A DNA stretch of 64,000 nucleotides from an uncultured virus (IMG/VR IMGVR_UViG_3300028591_000185) (lineage: Duplodnaviria; Heunggongvirae; Uroviricota; Caudoviricetes). Shown here one piece after another: positions 1 to 9,910 of this stretch. A program made the translations under genes and the position numbers. Every line of letters starts with the position of its first letter. The first letter of the stretch is position 1. The stretch lies in IMG/VR virus record IMGVR_UViG_3300028591_000185, one strand, 5' to 3'. The notes beneath the pieces are model-generated. The model was given only the letters and a program-made list of their open reading frames with translations. It did no database searches and was not told the origin of the DNA.

Positions 1-2
1 AG

Positions 3-161
3 CAAACACTTGGAAATACTCCAATGGGAGCTAACCTCCTTAATTTAACCTAGTCTCATGATTAGGCCAGCCTTGAAAAAATAGCGCGTAACTTATGCGC
101 GCAGAAGGGATTGGATTTCGATAAAGAATTTACAGCTTTTAAACAAAATCTCGGGCTGTAA
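3..161 (+). CDS. 3' end of hypothetical protein (partial; 2 TAG=Gln)
   Basis: Frame open from the window edge if TAG=Q: ...NLLNLTQSHDQASLEKIARNLCAQKGLDFDKEFTAFKQNLGL, TAA at 159-161, then an AGGAGG RBS for the next gene. Confidence 0.7.
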
Positions 162-175
162 AAAAGGAGGAAAAT

Positions 176-1036
176 ATGTTTAATAGTTCAACAACTGGTG
201 GCTACAGTTTAGCTGACATCGCAGCAGCAACTCGCGGTGGTTCTTATGGTGGAGGAGCTGGTGATGGCTTCTTTGGTAATTCTGGCTGGTGGATTATCCT
301 GCTCTTCTTATTCGCATTAGGCGGATGGGGCAACAATGGTAACTGGGGTAATGGTGGCAACGGTTCTGATACCGCAACTCTTTATCCTTGGATGAATCAG
401 GCTGGCATTACTAACAATGGTTTTGAACATGTCGCAACATCTGCTGCTCTTGGCGATATTAGCACTTCTCTCTGTTCTGGCTTCGCCGGCGTAACAGCAG
501 CTGTTACCGCATCTCAAAACGCAATCACTCAGCAAATGTACGCAAATCAGTTAGCAGATCTTGAACGCTCATTTGCCGCACAAACTGCAACTACTTCTGG
601 CTTAACAAATTTATCAAGCCAGTTAGCATAGTGCTGCTGCGATAATCGTTTAGCAACTGCTCAACTAGATGCTACTATTGCTCGTGAAAACTGTGCTGAT
701 CGTGAAGCACTCAATTATGCTACTCGTGACATTCTTACTAACCAAAATGCTGGTATCCAAAAGATTTTAGACCAAATGTGCAGCGATAAGATTGATGCGA
801 AGAACGAGAAAATTGCCGACTTAGAACGTCAGCTTGCTATGGCTAACTTCTCTGCTTCACAGATTGCGCAAACAGCTCAAATCAGACAGGGACAAAATGC
901 TGAAATTGATGCGATGTATCAACGACTCAGAGATTGCCCCGTTCCAACTATGCCAGTCTATGGTATGACACCAATCTTTACCTGCCCCGGCAATAATGGT
1001 TGCGGTTGTGGCAATTACGGCACTCTCGTCGGTTAA
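176..1036 (+). CDS. Gly/Asn-rich hypothetical protein with one TM segment, QCCC motif and C-terminal CGCG (1 TAG=Gln)
   Basis: ORFs 176..631 and 776..1036 are in frame, separated only by TAG 629-631 (SQLA-Q-CCCDNRL); RBS AGGAGG upstream. Confidence 0.85.
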
Positions 1037-1055
1037 TCAATGAAAGGAGAAAAAT

Positions 1056-1475
1056 ATGGAAATAACAGCGAATACATTACAGACTGTTGCTCCTAATGGG
1101 GTTGTTGTATTTAACGACACAGCCAGTCCAGGTGGTCCTAGTATTATCCATCGGGAAGGCAGCGGATTAGTTTCTTTACGCGGTCTTACTAATCAATGTC
1201 GTGCCAGATTTCGTATAACTTTTGGCGCTAACATCGGATTACCCGCTGACGGCACAGTAGCCCCTATCTCACTTGCTATCGCAATTAATGGCGAACCATT
1301 AGTAACTTCTACTATGATTTCTACCCCAGCGACTGTTGAAGAATTCAACAATGTTGGGCGTGTAGTATTTCTTGATGTAGTAGCAGGTTGCTGCGTACAG
1401 GTAAGTGTAGAAAACACAAGTGATGCTCCAATAGATGTTCAGAATGCGAACTTAATCGTAGAAAGGGTGGCGTAA
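1056..1475 (+). CDS. beta-rich hypothetical protein, possibly BclA C-terminal/jelly-roll-like
   Basis: 139 aa ORF with AAGGAG RBS; the fold guess comes from the sequence pattern only. Confidence 0.6.
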   Translation: MEITANTLQTVAPNGVVVFNDTASPGGPSIIHREGSGLVSLRGLTNQCRARFRITFGANIGLPADGTVAPISLAIAINGEPLVTSTMISTPATVEEFNNVGRVVFLDVVAGCCVQVSVENTSDAPIDVQNANLIVERVA

Positions 1476-1476
1476 T

Positions 1477-2082
1477 ATGGAACGATTGAAAGAGATTAAA
1501 TCTTGTTTAGTAAGTCTTGTATAGACATAGCTTGGCGATGTAGAACATACAGATGCCAAAGAAATGGGTGAAGTCATTGACATGATTAAAGACCTTGAGG
1601 AAGCTATGTATTATTGCGCCATTGTAGAAGCGATGGAAAAATCAGAAAAAGAGGGAACAGAAGATATGCGCATGCGCTCTCACATGGGGTATAAAGAAAT
1701 GTTCCCTCACGGCGAATATGATTGGGATGACATGAGTTGGCGTCCCTATTACTTTTACCAAAACAGTGGACGAGGCAGCGCGAACCAATATGGCGGTTCG
1801 AATTCTGGATCTACTGGCTCTCGCATGGGCTACGGCGAGGGGTCAAGTATGAACGGTAGCAGCCAAGGCGGTTCTAGCGGCAATGGCTCTACTTCTTATT
1901 ATGGCGGACCTAATTACTATTATTCAGAAGGGCATGAAAGCTCTAAAGGAGATATTAAGCAAGTAAATAAATACTTAAATGAATTAAGTGAAGATTTACC
2001 TCATATGATTGAAAAATCAACTCCAGAAGAGAAGAAAATGCTTTCAGAAAAATTACAATAGGTTAGTAATAAGATTAAATAA
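1477..2082 (+). CDS. hypothetical protein with Gly/Ser/Tyr-rich low-complexity centre (3 TAG=Gln)
   Basis: ATG 1477 is in frame with ORF 1564..2061 through two TAGs; a third TAG reads through to TAA 2080-2082, which overlaps the next ATG. Confidence 0.8.
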
Positions 2083-2408
2083 TGGTATTTACAATTAATG
2101 GGGTCGTATGGTAGGTAAAGAAAGTGCCACCATACGACTCTCATTTATTAAGACCTGATGGTTCTTATACTATTGGTATGTGTAATAATGTAGAAAAAGT
2201 AATTTATATCATTGAAGGATTAAACCCAAGTTAGTTTTATAAAGTATTAGCACATGAAGTTACACATGCCGCTATGTATAGTTATAGTGTAGGATTAACT
2301 ATTGATTAGGAAGAATTACTAGCTGATATTATCTCCACATATGGAGGAGAGATTGTAAAAGTAACGAATAAAGTATTTAGGAAAATAAAAAAATAGGGAT
2401 GGTATTAA
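2082..2408 (+). CDS. small HExxH zinc metallopeptidase-like protein (4 TAG=Gln)
   Basis: Manual translation MVFTINGVVWQVKK...YKVLAHEVTHAAMYSY...DQEELLAD; absent from the ORF track because of TAGs. Confidence 0.75.
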
Positions 2409-2426
2409 TACCATCCCTATTTTTTG
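2388..2426. terminator. bidirectional intrinsic terminator
   Basis: Perfect palindrome AAAAAATAGGGATGGTATTAATACCATCCCTATTTTTT between convergent genes. Confidence 0.85.
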
Positions 2427-2439
2427 TTTATATATAAAA

Positions 2440-2847
2440 TTAGTGTGCGCTAGAGGCAAAAGTGCAAGTAGAATCACATGAAGTACCACAAACATTACCA
2501 CAACCAGCACATCCTCCGCTACATCCATTATCACAATTAGAACTACAGTTAGTTGAACAACCACCAGTACAGGCTGTACACCCTGTATAACAACTTGAAC
2601 ATAGATTATTACAATAAATATAACAATTGGTTTCACACCAATCATTACATGATTTAATACAATTACCACTACAACTAGTACTACAATTATCAAATTTACA
2701 AAGTGTATGGCACCCACGAATACAATTACTAGAACAATCACCGCAGGCCTAAGCACAATTTACTCCACAGCCATTACCACAATTATTATAACAACCACCA
2801 ATACAAGCACTGCCACAACCACCATTACAAATACCATCTATTGCCAT
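2440..2847 (-). CDS. CXXX-repeat Cys-rich peptide, putative radical SAM substrate (135 aa, ~32 Cys, 1 TAG=Gln)
   Basis: GGAGG RBS then MAIDGICNGGCGSACIGGCYNNCGNGCGVNCAQACGDCSSNCIRGC...CGTSCDSTCTFASSAH, TAA; Cys every 3-4 residues. Confidence 0.9.
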
Positions 2848-2862
2848 GTTTGCCTCCAATCG

Positions 2863-3612
2863 TTAAGCTGCTATGGGGCCATTGCCACCTGAACAACCAA
2901 AACAAGCTCCAGCACAACCACTACCACAACGATTTGCGCAATTTGATCCACAGACTGCTGCACATGTTGAAGTACAACTTCCACAGCTATTTTTACATTC
3001 ATAACTGCAATTATCAATACATATTGTTGTACATGTTGTTAAACACTCACCAGCACAATTCCCCATACAAACATATCCACAACCACTACATCCATTTTGA
3101 GAATTTTGATTTCCTGTACTGTCATCACTTATAGTCTAATTAGCTTTATTAGTAGTATTCGCGCAGCTTCCCGCACAATACCCTACACATGCTCCATTAC
3201 ATCCAGCATATGTAGATTCACTATTCCCATTATTCCAATAATTTACAACTACATAAAAATCAGTTAATGCTGGAATAATACTATTCTAATTTAAAACATC
3301 AGAATTTTTAATCCGTGTTGCTGCATCACTCTCTGCTGCAGTTCCCATTGGCTTCATATAGCCTTTTTTTAATAAATCCTATATTGTCTTAATACCATTA
3401 ATAAAAGGAGAGGCATTAATTTTATTATTAACTTGTTCCTATGTGGCTGAAATTGATGTATTAATATTTGCTGGAGCAGTATAATTATCAAAATCTGAGC
3501 TACCTAAACCAGTAACTGCTTTACGTGTGTCAATTAAAGTTTTTATGGCACTACGCAAAGATTCAAAATTACGCTCAGAGCCTACAATTTTATCATTTTT
3601 ATTATATCCCAT
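2863..3612 (-). CDS. protein with ~135 aa N-terminal domain and C-terminal CXXX-repeat Cys-rich region, putative radical SAM substrate (249 aa, 4 TAG=Gln)
   Basis: ATG 3612 with AAAGGGG RBS, in frame with ORF 2863..3066; contains GCNGACVGYCAGSC and CSGCGYVCMGNCAGECLTTC... repeats. Confidence 0.85.
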
Positions 3613-3630
3613 TATTACAATCCCCTTTCT

Positions 3631-4959
3631 TTATTCAAGAGGAAATTGTAATAATTTTAAATTGTCAAGCTCCTCTTGACTAATAATTTTTAATGCTTCT
3701 TCATCTGGAAGCCAAAGTTTAAATCGTTTCAAATCCCCATGCTTCCAATATTTCATATTCCAATAGTAGCAATTAGCTAATGCACGAGCCTTATGCATAA
3801 TGCAAATATAAGTAGCACGTTTATTCCAACAGCCGCCACTATCTTGATAGTTATATGCAGCACATTCTGCGCATCCTTCTGCTATTGGACATTCTAAACA
3901 CTCTTGACTAAATTCTGTCAAACGAGTAATTGCGCGCATACAATGAACACAATCCTTCCATTCTTGACGCGCCATAATACCCTCATATACATTACCAATG
4001 ATTACTGGAGGTATATCTGTTCCTAATGAGCTTTCCATATAACGAATACAAGGATAAATATCTCCTTTGTAATCAACGGAAATCATTTTCCCATAACCGC
4101 CACACCAAGTCTATGTATCATCAGGAGATTTGGGTTTAAAAAAGGTATCTACAAAAATAGATAAATCTATTTTATCTTCTAAATCATTTTCAAATAAATA
4201 ATTAGCTAATTCTTTTAACTAATAATATAAAATAGTTGCATGCTCTTCTGTCCAGCCCTTTTCAAATACACAATTAAGATTAATATCATCATAACCAGAT
4301 TCAATTAGCCCAACCACTGCATCTTTTGTATATTGAATATTAGCTGGCGCAAGTGTCATTTTACTACCCATTCGTCTACCCAATGTTTCTGTCCAATGTT
4401 TAACACCAGCCATTGCTATATCATAACTGCCAGTTCCATCTGGAAATACTCGACAACTATCATGTAACTATTTATTTCCATCAATTGAAATATTAAATGA
4501 TAAATGTCGCTCATGCTTTTTCATATAGGCTTGCACTTTTGGGTCAAAATATAAAACACCATTTGAGCATAATGAAATCATATGATTATACTGCCATGGA
4601 TGATCACGTATAATCATCTATTCAAAAAAGTAATCTGTAATTTCATCAATTAAATCTATTTCTAAAAAAGGTTCTCCACCGATAAATTCAATAATACAAG
4701 CAATAGACTCACGTGAATTAATATATTCTGCTGTATCAGGGTCTGGGTCTAAAATTAAATCGATGAACCTTTTTGCAACGTCCATCGACATAACATGAGT
4801 ACCTTTATTTATCTGATAGCAATATGAGCATCTTAAATTACATGCATCTGTTACCTAAAATGTAATATTATGAACTAACTATTTACCGGCGAGAGCTAAT
4901 GGATGATCTTTATATAAACGGGCAATTTCATCCTAATACTACTCAATATGCCGTGCCAT
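3631..4959 (-). CDS. radical SAM/SPASM peptide maturase, CXXX-repeat target type (442 aa, 8 TAG=Gln)
   Basis: ITFQVTDACNLRCSYCYQ (CxxxCxxC), IEFIGGEP, SIDGNKQLHDSCR, and a SPASM-type C-terminus WCGG...GDIYPC...CLECPIAEGCAEC; joins ORFs 4219..4413 and 3631..4086. Confidence 0.92.
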
Positions 4960-4961
4960 AA

Positions 4962-5252
4962 TTAATCCTCCATAGTAATTGTTACAATATTAGTATGATA
5001 ATCTAAACTCCAATTAATAGGATTACTTACGGCCTTACGCACATATTCTCTTTCAACAATTCCTTTAGCCTGTTCAAATGCAAAATACTTTTCATTATAT
5101 TCCTTCTAATAAGCAGCCATGCGCTCTTCAGGTATATTAATATTTTTTTCTAGAATATAAGTGATAATATCTCTACGAGCAGAACATTCAATATCTGCAC
5201 GTTGAGTTGCATTTTTTATCTCTTCTGGAATTTCAATAGTAATAGTTTTCAT
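4962..5252 (-). CDS. small accessory protein of the CXXX-repeat modification cluster (96 aa, 1 TAG=Gln)
   Basis: AAAGGAG RBS; MKTITIEIPEEIKNATQRADIECSARRDII...NWSLDYHTNIVTITMED; lies immediately upstream of the radical SAM gene. Confidence 0.75.
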
Positions 5253-5285
5253 TATCTGAATCTCCTTTATCTCTTATATATAAAT

Positions 5286-5314
5286 ATTATACCTCAAAAA
5301 ATTAAAAAAATCAA
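5286..5314 (-). promoter_or_regulatory. sigmaA-type promoter of the radical SAM cluster
   Basis: TTGATT-17 bp-TATAAT on the minus strand. Confidence 0.75.
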
Positions 5315-5343
5315 GGGGATGCAATTTACATCCCCTACTTTTT
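5314..5343. terminator. intrinsic terminator-like hairpin
   Basis: AGGGGATG-caattta-CATCCCCT followed by a T run, downstream of the holin-like gene. Confidence 0.6.
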
Positions 5344-5915
5344 TAGTCATCTAAATCTTTCTTAAATTTAGCTTCTACCATGCGGAACAACACATCCCCT
5401 TCATGATTTCCGCCTAATTCATTATAAGTCCGATGTTCCATCAGGACATTTTCAAATTCAACTAAACTAATTGTATGTGCTGGATCCAAAAGACGATGAC
5501 AATCATCTTTAAAAGTACGCCCCTGTACAGTTAACATACCATTTTTAACTGACCCAAATTCACTTTTTAAGCTCTATATATCAACACGAATATTTTTATC
5601 TGCGGTTAATAAATCATCATCCCGTTTATCTACAACAGATAATAAATTGCTATAACAAGCCCCCATTTGTGCTTGCATATCAGTTTTCTAATCCTCTAAT
5701 CGCTAATCAAAATTGCGCAAAGATGTATTAATATTCGTATTTTGTTCTTCAAATTTAGTATCAATAGTTTGTAAAAGAGCCTTATCATGCTCTTTTTGAG
5801 CTCCCTCTTGGCTCTCTCTTGTCATTTTTATATAGCGCTTAACCATAAAAGTTAAACCAGATACAATAACGCCAAAAAGCGCTTCTAGCCAATACTTGGC
5901 AATCCACTCTAACAT
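5343..5915 (-). CDS. putative holin-like membrane protein (N-terminal TM, coiled coil, YxxLGGN motif; TAG=Gln)
   Basis: ORFs 5703..5924 and 5343..5537 are in frame via TAGs; TM segment WLEALFGVIVSGLTFMV; YNELGGNHEG. Confidence 0.6.
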
Positions 5916-5952
5916 ATATAGCACCCCTTTATTAACATAAAACTTTTCTATC

Positions 5953-5997
5953 CAATAGTTTTAAAAAACATTGAAGATAAATTAAAAAAAGTCGTCC
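5953..5997 (-). promoter_or_regulatory. putative phage late/middle promoter motif, copy 1
   Basis: GGAC-N8-TTAA-N18-TAAAACTATTG, same spacing as four other intergenic copies. Confidence 0.6.
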
Positions 5998-6471
5998 TTA
6001 AAAGGCCGACTTGTTTTCTTTTATATATGCCGCCCCAATACAAATAGCATCTGCTGCATCCTATGATACTTTTTTATTAAAAGTATTTAATACATATTCT
6101 TGCGCATGCCGTTTCTATTCAGTACGGGCTTTACCTTTAATATTCAAAACTGATTTCCAAGTTTGAGAATGTACTATATGATATTCAATATTTAATTCTG
6201 TTAATAATTCCTATATAACACCAAATACTTCAGCTAATACTTTATATGTTGTTACGCCAACAGCGCCACTCTATAACTAAATATCTTCAAATAATACTAT
6301 ATCAATTTCATTTTCATCAATAAAATCTAATATTGTATTTCTTAACTATACTAATCTATTCCCAACATCATCACTTGATAAAGTAAATGTTCCAACTTCA
6401 ATTAATTCATCGTCTTCAAATATCGCATAACCCGAAGTTCTACTAGCCTAATCTAATGCTAGAATTTTCAA
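5998..6471 (-). CDS. RuvC-like Holliday junction resolvase (7 TAG=Gln)
   Basis: TTG start; KILALDQASRTSGYAIF...VLFEDIQLQ...SQTWKS...QDAADAICIG, matching RuvC catalytic D/E/D-D spacing. Confidence 0.85.
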
Positions 6472-6908
6472 TGTGTAGAACCAAAGCCTCCCGCGCGTTC
6501 AACTAGATTTACATTATCTATATCTAAATTAAAACGAGGCATAACTAAACCTTGCGCGATGCTTTCGCCTTTCTTTATTATTACTGGGGTATCTAATAAG
6601 TTATAGACTTGAACAAAAATTTGGCCTTCATTTTTAGGATTATCTACGTAATCACTATCAATAACTCCAATACCATTCGCAAGAATTAATCCCTTTTTCA
6701 TAGGGGCTGAACTACGTAGTGCTATAAGTAACCACTAGTTTTCCCAAAGATAGCATTTTACTCCAGTAGGAATTAATTTAATACTCCGAGGTAAAACTTC
6801 AGTATCTTCTGCACAAAATAAATCATATCCAGCGCTATTAGTAGTAGAACGTACTGGATACTATGCTTCTGGAAAAGCAGCAACACGTTCAAATTTACTC
6901 CATTTCAT
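6468..6908 (-). CDS. dut: trimeric dUTPase (2 TAG=Gln)
   Basis: Motifs SAGYDL, LIPTG, RSS, GVIDSDY, RAGGFGST. Confidence 0.93.
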
Positions 6909-7123
6909 TACTCTTCTCCCCAAAACTTCTCAAATACTTTGCCAATTTTTACTTCATAACCAGCATCTATAACGATACCCTTCTTTTTCTTTTCTTTTAA
7001 TTTAGAAGAATGAGTTACTAATGTATAATTAATCGCATTAGCTTTCATCTCGTCAATTAAATCACTTACTTCGTCTTCGGTATTTACGCGATAAATTTCA
7101 GTTGTACTCAATAATGTTCTCAT
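6908..7123 (-). CDS. hypothetical protein
   Basis: 71 aa ORF, GAGG RBS, stop overlaps the dut start. Confidence 0.7.
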   Translation of the reverse strand: MRTLLSTTEIYRVNTEDEVSDLIDEMKANAINYTLVTHSSKLKEKKKKGIVIDAGYEVKIGKVFEKFWGEE

Positions 7124-7132
7124 TTTAACCTC

Positions 7133-7429
7133 TTAATTTAATTCTATTTTAATAAAATTACAAGCATATTCTTGTGCTCCAATAGTAGCTATTTCCTATG
7201 CTAAATTTTTAATCAAATCTTCTGGCCCATACAAATGGATAATTAATTCAATATCGTTGTCTTTAGCTTTTGCCTAATATTGCTGATAAGTATTTGCCAT
7301 AATATCAGGCAACGCAGCTAACTCAAATTCACCAAGAGGTAATACTTGATTAGTGGTAGCATTACAAGCATATACTGTTTGATATTTTACTCCTAAATCA
7401 AAATTACATACAATACTTATTTGTGACAT
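7133..7429 (-). CDS. hypothetical protein (2 TAG=Gln)
   Basis: Manual translation MSQISIVCNFDLGVKYQTVY...; fills the gap in the operon and ends in TAA. Confidence 0.7.
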
Positions 7430-7830
7430 TCAATAACCCCCAAGTCATAAACAAAAAATACATACATTAAGGCCTCATCGCCTACTTTAAACCAACATTC
7501 ACAGGCGTCGGTTTGTTCATTTAATTCAATACTAATTAAATCACCTATCGCTCGCATACAATCATCAAGTGCGCCATAAAAGCTTTCTTCAAAAGCGTCT
7601 TGCATATTAAAAATTGTATAATAATGAACATCATTATTTAAAAACATAAAATACTAATTATTATGGTCTTGAATATATTTTGCTAAAATTTGTAACGCAG
7701 CCCCACATTCTGATGAGGCTTGCGTTAAAACAGGCAATTTAGCATATGCTATTTTATTTAGTTCATATGTATTCATTTGCAAATTCATAGGTAATTTTTT
7801 CTTATAAGTAGTTTTTTTAGAACCGCCCAT
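7417..7830 (-). CDS. hypothetical protein (1 TAG=Gln)
   Basis: ORF 7417..7647 extends through a TAG to ATG 7830 with GAGGAG RBS. Confidence 0.75.
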
Positions 7831-8051
7831 TATTCAATCTCCTCTATTACATAACAAAATTCATCTGGTGCATATCCATCAAATTTAGTATATCCTTCTT
7901 CTGGGACATCATGCTAATTTATATCACGGAAGTCATAACCATGAACTGACACTAAAATACGAATAAACTAAATAGCTTCATCCCAAGAAAATGCTTCAGA
8001 AGATAATTTAGTAAAATCATCTTCATTTCTATGATAATATACTTTTAACAT
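7830..8051 (-). CDS. hypothetical protein (2 TAG=Gln)
   Basis: MLKVYYHRNEDDF...; GAGGG RBS; TAA overlaps the next ATG. Confidence 0.65.
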
Positions 8052-8389
8052 TTACAATCCCTCATTAGTCGGTCATACCAGGTTTGGTCCATTGTCTGTA
8101 AATCAGCAAGTTTTAAATAATGCTTTGGTTTGTTCATACGACCTTTCCAATCATAAAATGGGCCATGCTCTGATTCTCCAACAAAGAAATGCCCTACTAC
8201 TGGGTCATAATATACATCCAAATTAAATCGTGAAGCTAGGATATAAGCCATCCAATAACAATTTCCTGTTAACCAATTTTGGTCATTTGGAAAACGACGA
8301 TTAATAAACTCTAATACTTCTAGTTCTTTGGTATCACCCATTTTAATCTGTATATCAACAAGCTTCTAAGCTGCTTCCTCTAATGTCAT
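8045..8389 (-). CDS. hypothetical protein with GNCY...H...DW motif (possible papain/transglutaminase-like; 1 TAG=Gln)
   Basis: ORF 8045..8341 extends through a TAG to ATG 8389 with AAGGAG RBS. Confidence 0.65.
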
Positions 8390-8418
8390 ATAGAAAAACT
8401 CCTTTTATATTATACTTT

Positions 8419-8447
8419 ATTATAACAAATTTTTTTAGAAAAGTCAA
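8419..8447 (-). promoter_or_regulatory. sigmaA-type promoter
   Basis: TTGACT-17 bp-TATAAT with extended TG. Confidence 0.8.
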
Positions 8448-8459
8448 AATAAAAAGATA

Positions 8460-8487
8460 GCGGATTACCAATTTTTTGGTAATCCGC
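8460..8487. terminator. hairpin with TTACCAA-TTTT-TTGGTAA core
   Basis: GCGGATTACCAA-TTTT-TTGGTAATCCGC at the 3' end of the tail block. Confidence 0.7.
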
Positions 8488-8504
8488 AAATTTATTATAA
8501 TTTT

Positions 8505-9113
8505 TTATTTCCAACGGCCAATAGCCATTACTTCTACAACAATTCCAGGACAAGTCTAAGAATTTGCTCGCCAAAAACAGGCTTGACCTGCGCTAGTAGC
8601 AGTAACATCTTTATGTAATTCTGGAATACATGTATATGAATTATATGCCGCTACTCTTACATATGGCGCCACTGGAACATCAATAAATGCTATTGGCCAA
8701 TCTCCTAACTAAAAATAACCTGATTCATATAATGCTCCCCAAGCTGTAGTGCATGTAACTGTACCTAAAGTTACTCTTTTCCAACAAATCTATATACCAT
8801 CAGCAAATCGCACCCAAGAACCGTTATTATTACTACCAGACACTTCTACTGTTTCATTACTTATTGCGCTAGTCTATACTAATACGATATCCCCAGCCGT
8901 GGCCCCATTCGGAATAGTTTCAGCATCTGTTGCCCAAATTTTACGATGCATGCCACTTCCATCAACAACTGGTGCGCTTCCTCCATTAGATGTTACATAT
9001 AAATCATCCGGATTAAAAGTAACTGTAACACCATTAGCAGTTACCGTATTATTAGTAAATAATTCTTCTTTTTGAGCTTCAGTTAAATAAACAATCTTTT
9101 TTAAATCTGCCAT
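8505..9113 (-). CDS. tail fibre-associated protein with C-terminal gp53-like domain (TAG=Gln)
   Basis: ORF 8874..9113 reads through to NGSWVRFADGIQICWK...WPIAF...MAIGRWK, TAA. Confidence 0.8.
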
Positions 9114-9127
9114 ATATAATTATCTCC

Positions 9128-9910
9128 TTATTTCCAACGGCCAATTGCCATAATACATACAATTACATCAGTACAAGTCTCTGAGTTAGGACGCCACCAT
9201 GCAGTCTCACCAGCACTAGTTGATGATACACTGCGAGTAGCTTCTAACATACATATTCCACGAGTACTGGAAACTCGTTGCACAAATACACGTGGAGTAC
9301 TATTAAATGCTATTGGCCATTTTCCCATGTTAAACCATCCACTGTCATATACACTTCCCCAGGCAGTGCTACAATCTACCTCTCCTAATGTTACATCTTT
9401 CCAACAAATCTATGTGCCATCAGCAAAACGCACCCAAGAGCCATTAGAATTAGTACCACTAGTATCTTGAGTTACAGTAACTGCTGTTGCATTAGTCACA
9501 CCCCAAATACGAGTTGGAATAGCGCGATTTGTCCAATCAACATATGCACTGCCATTATAAACCATTTGTCCATTACCGAAAGTAATACTACTTGAAGTTA
9601 CCTATATAGCACGAGATACTCCATTAATCATAGTGGCAGCGCTTGAATTGGTTTCTGTATTTAAATACATATAAAATAATACACCATTTGTACCAATTGT
9701 AAAACGATTAATACAACGAGCAGTATCAGCAAATGGAGCAAATTCAACATCAACATATAAATAATCAGATAAATCACCCAAATTACTTAATGTCTATGCA
9801 GTAAAACCAGCAGTAGGCGTAGGATTTGTCCATAATAAATGTCTTACCTCTGATTCTGGAACTACAACAGTTCCACCATCTAACTAATTTTGTCCTAAAT
9901 AAATACTCAT
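9128..9910 (-). CDS. tail fibre-associated protein with paralogous gp53-like domain (TAG=Gln)
   Basis: ATG 9910 (GAGG RBS) in frame with ORF 9128..9328; NGSWVRFADGTQICWK...WPIAF...MAIGRWK. Confidence 0.8.

Noticed and set aside
2319..3134. Track ORFs 2319..2756(-), 2707..2892(+) and 2841..3134(+)
   Set aside because: Val-, Thr- and His-rich shadow frames of the TGT-periodic Cys-repeat genes; the Cys frame has the RBS and operon context
8505..9460. Diversity-generating retroelement TR/VR pair
   Set aside because: Both copies are coding gene ends, differences are not confined to adenines by eye, and no reverse transcriptase is in the window
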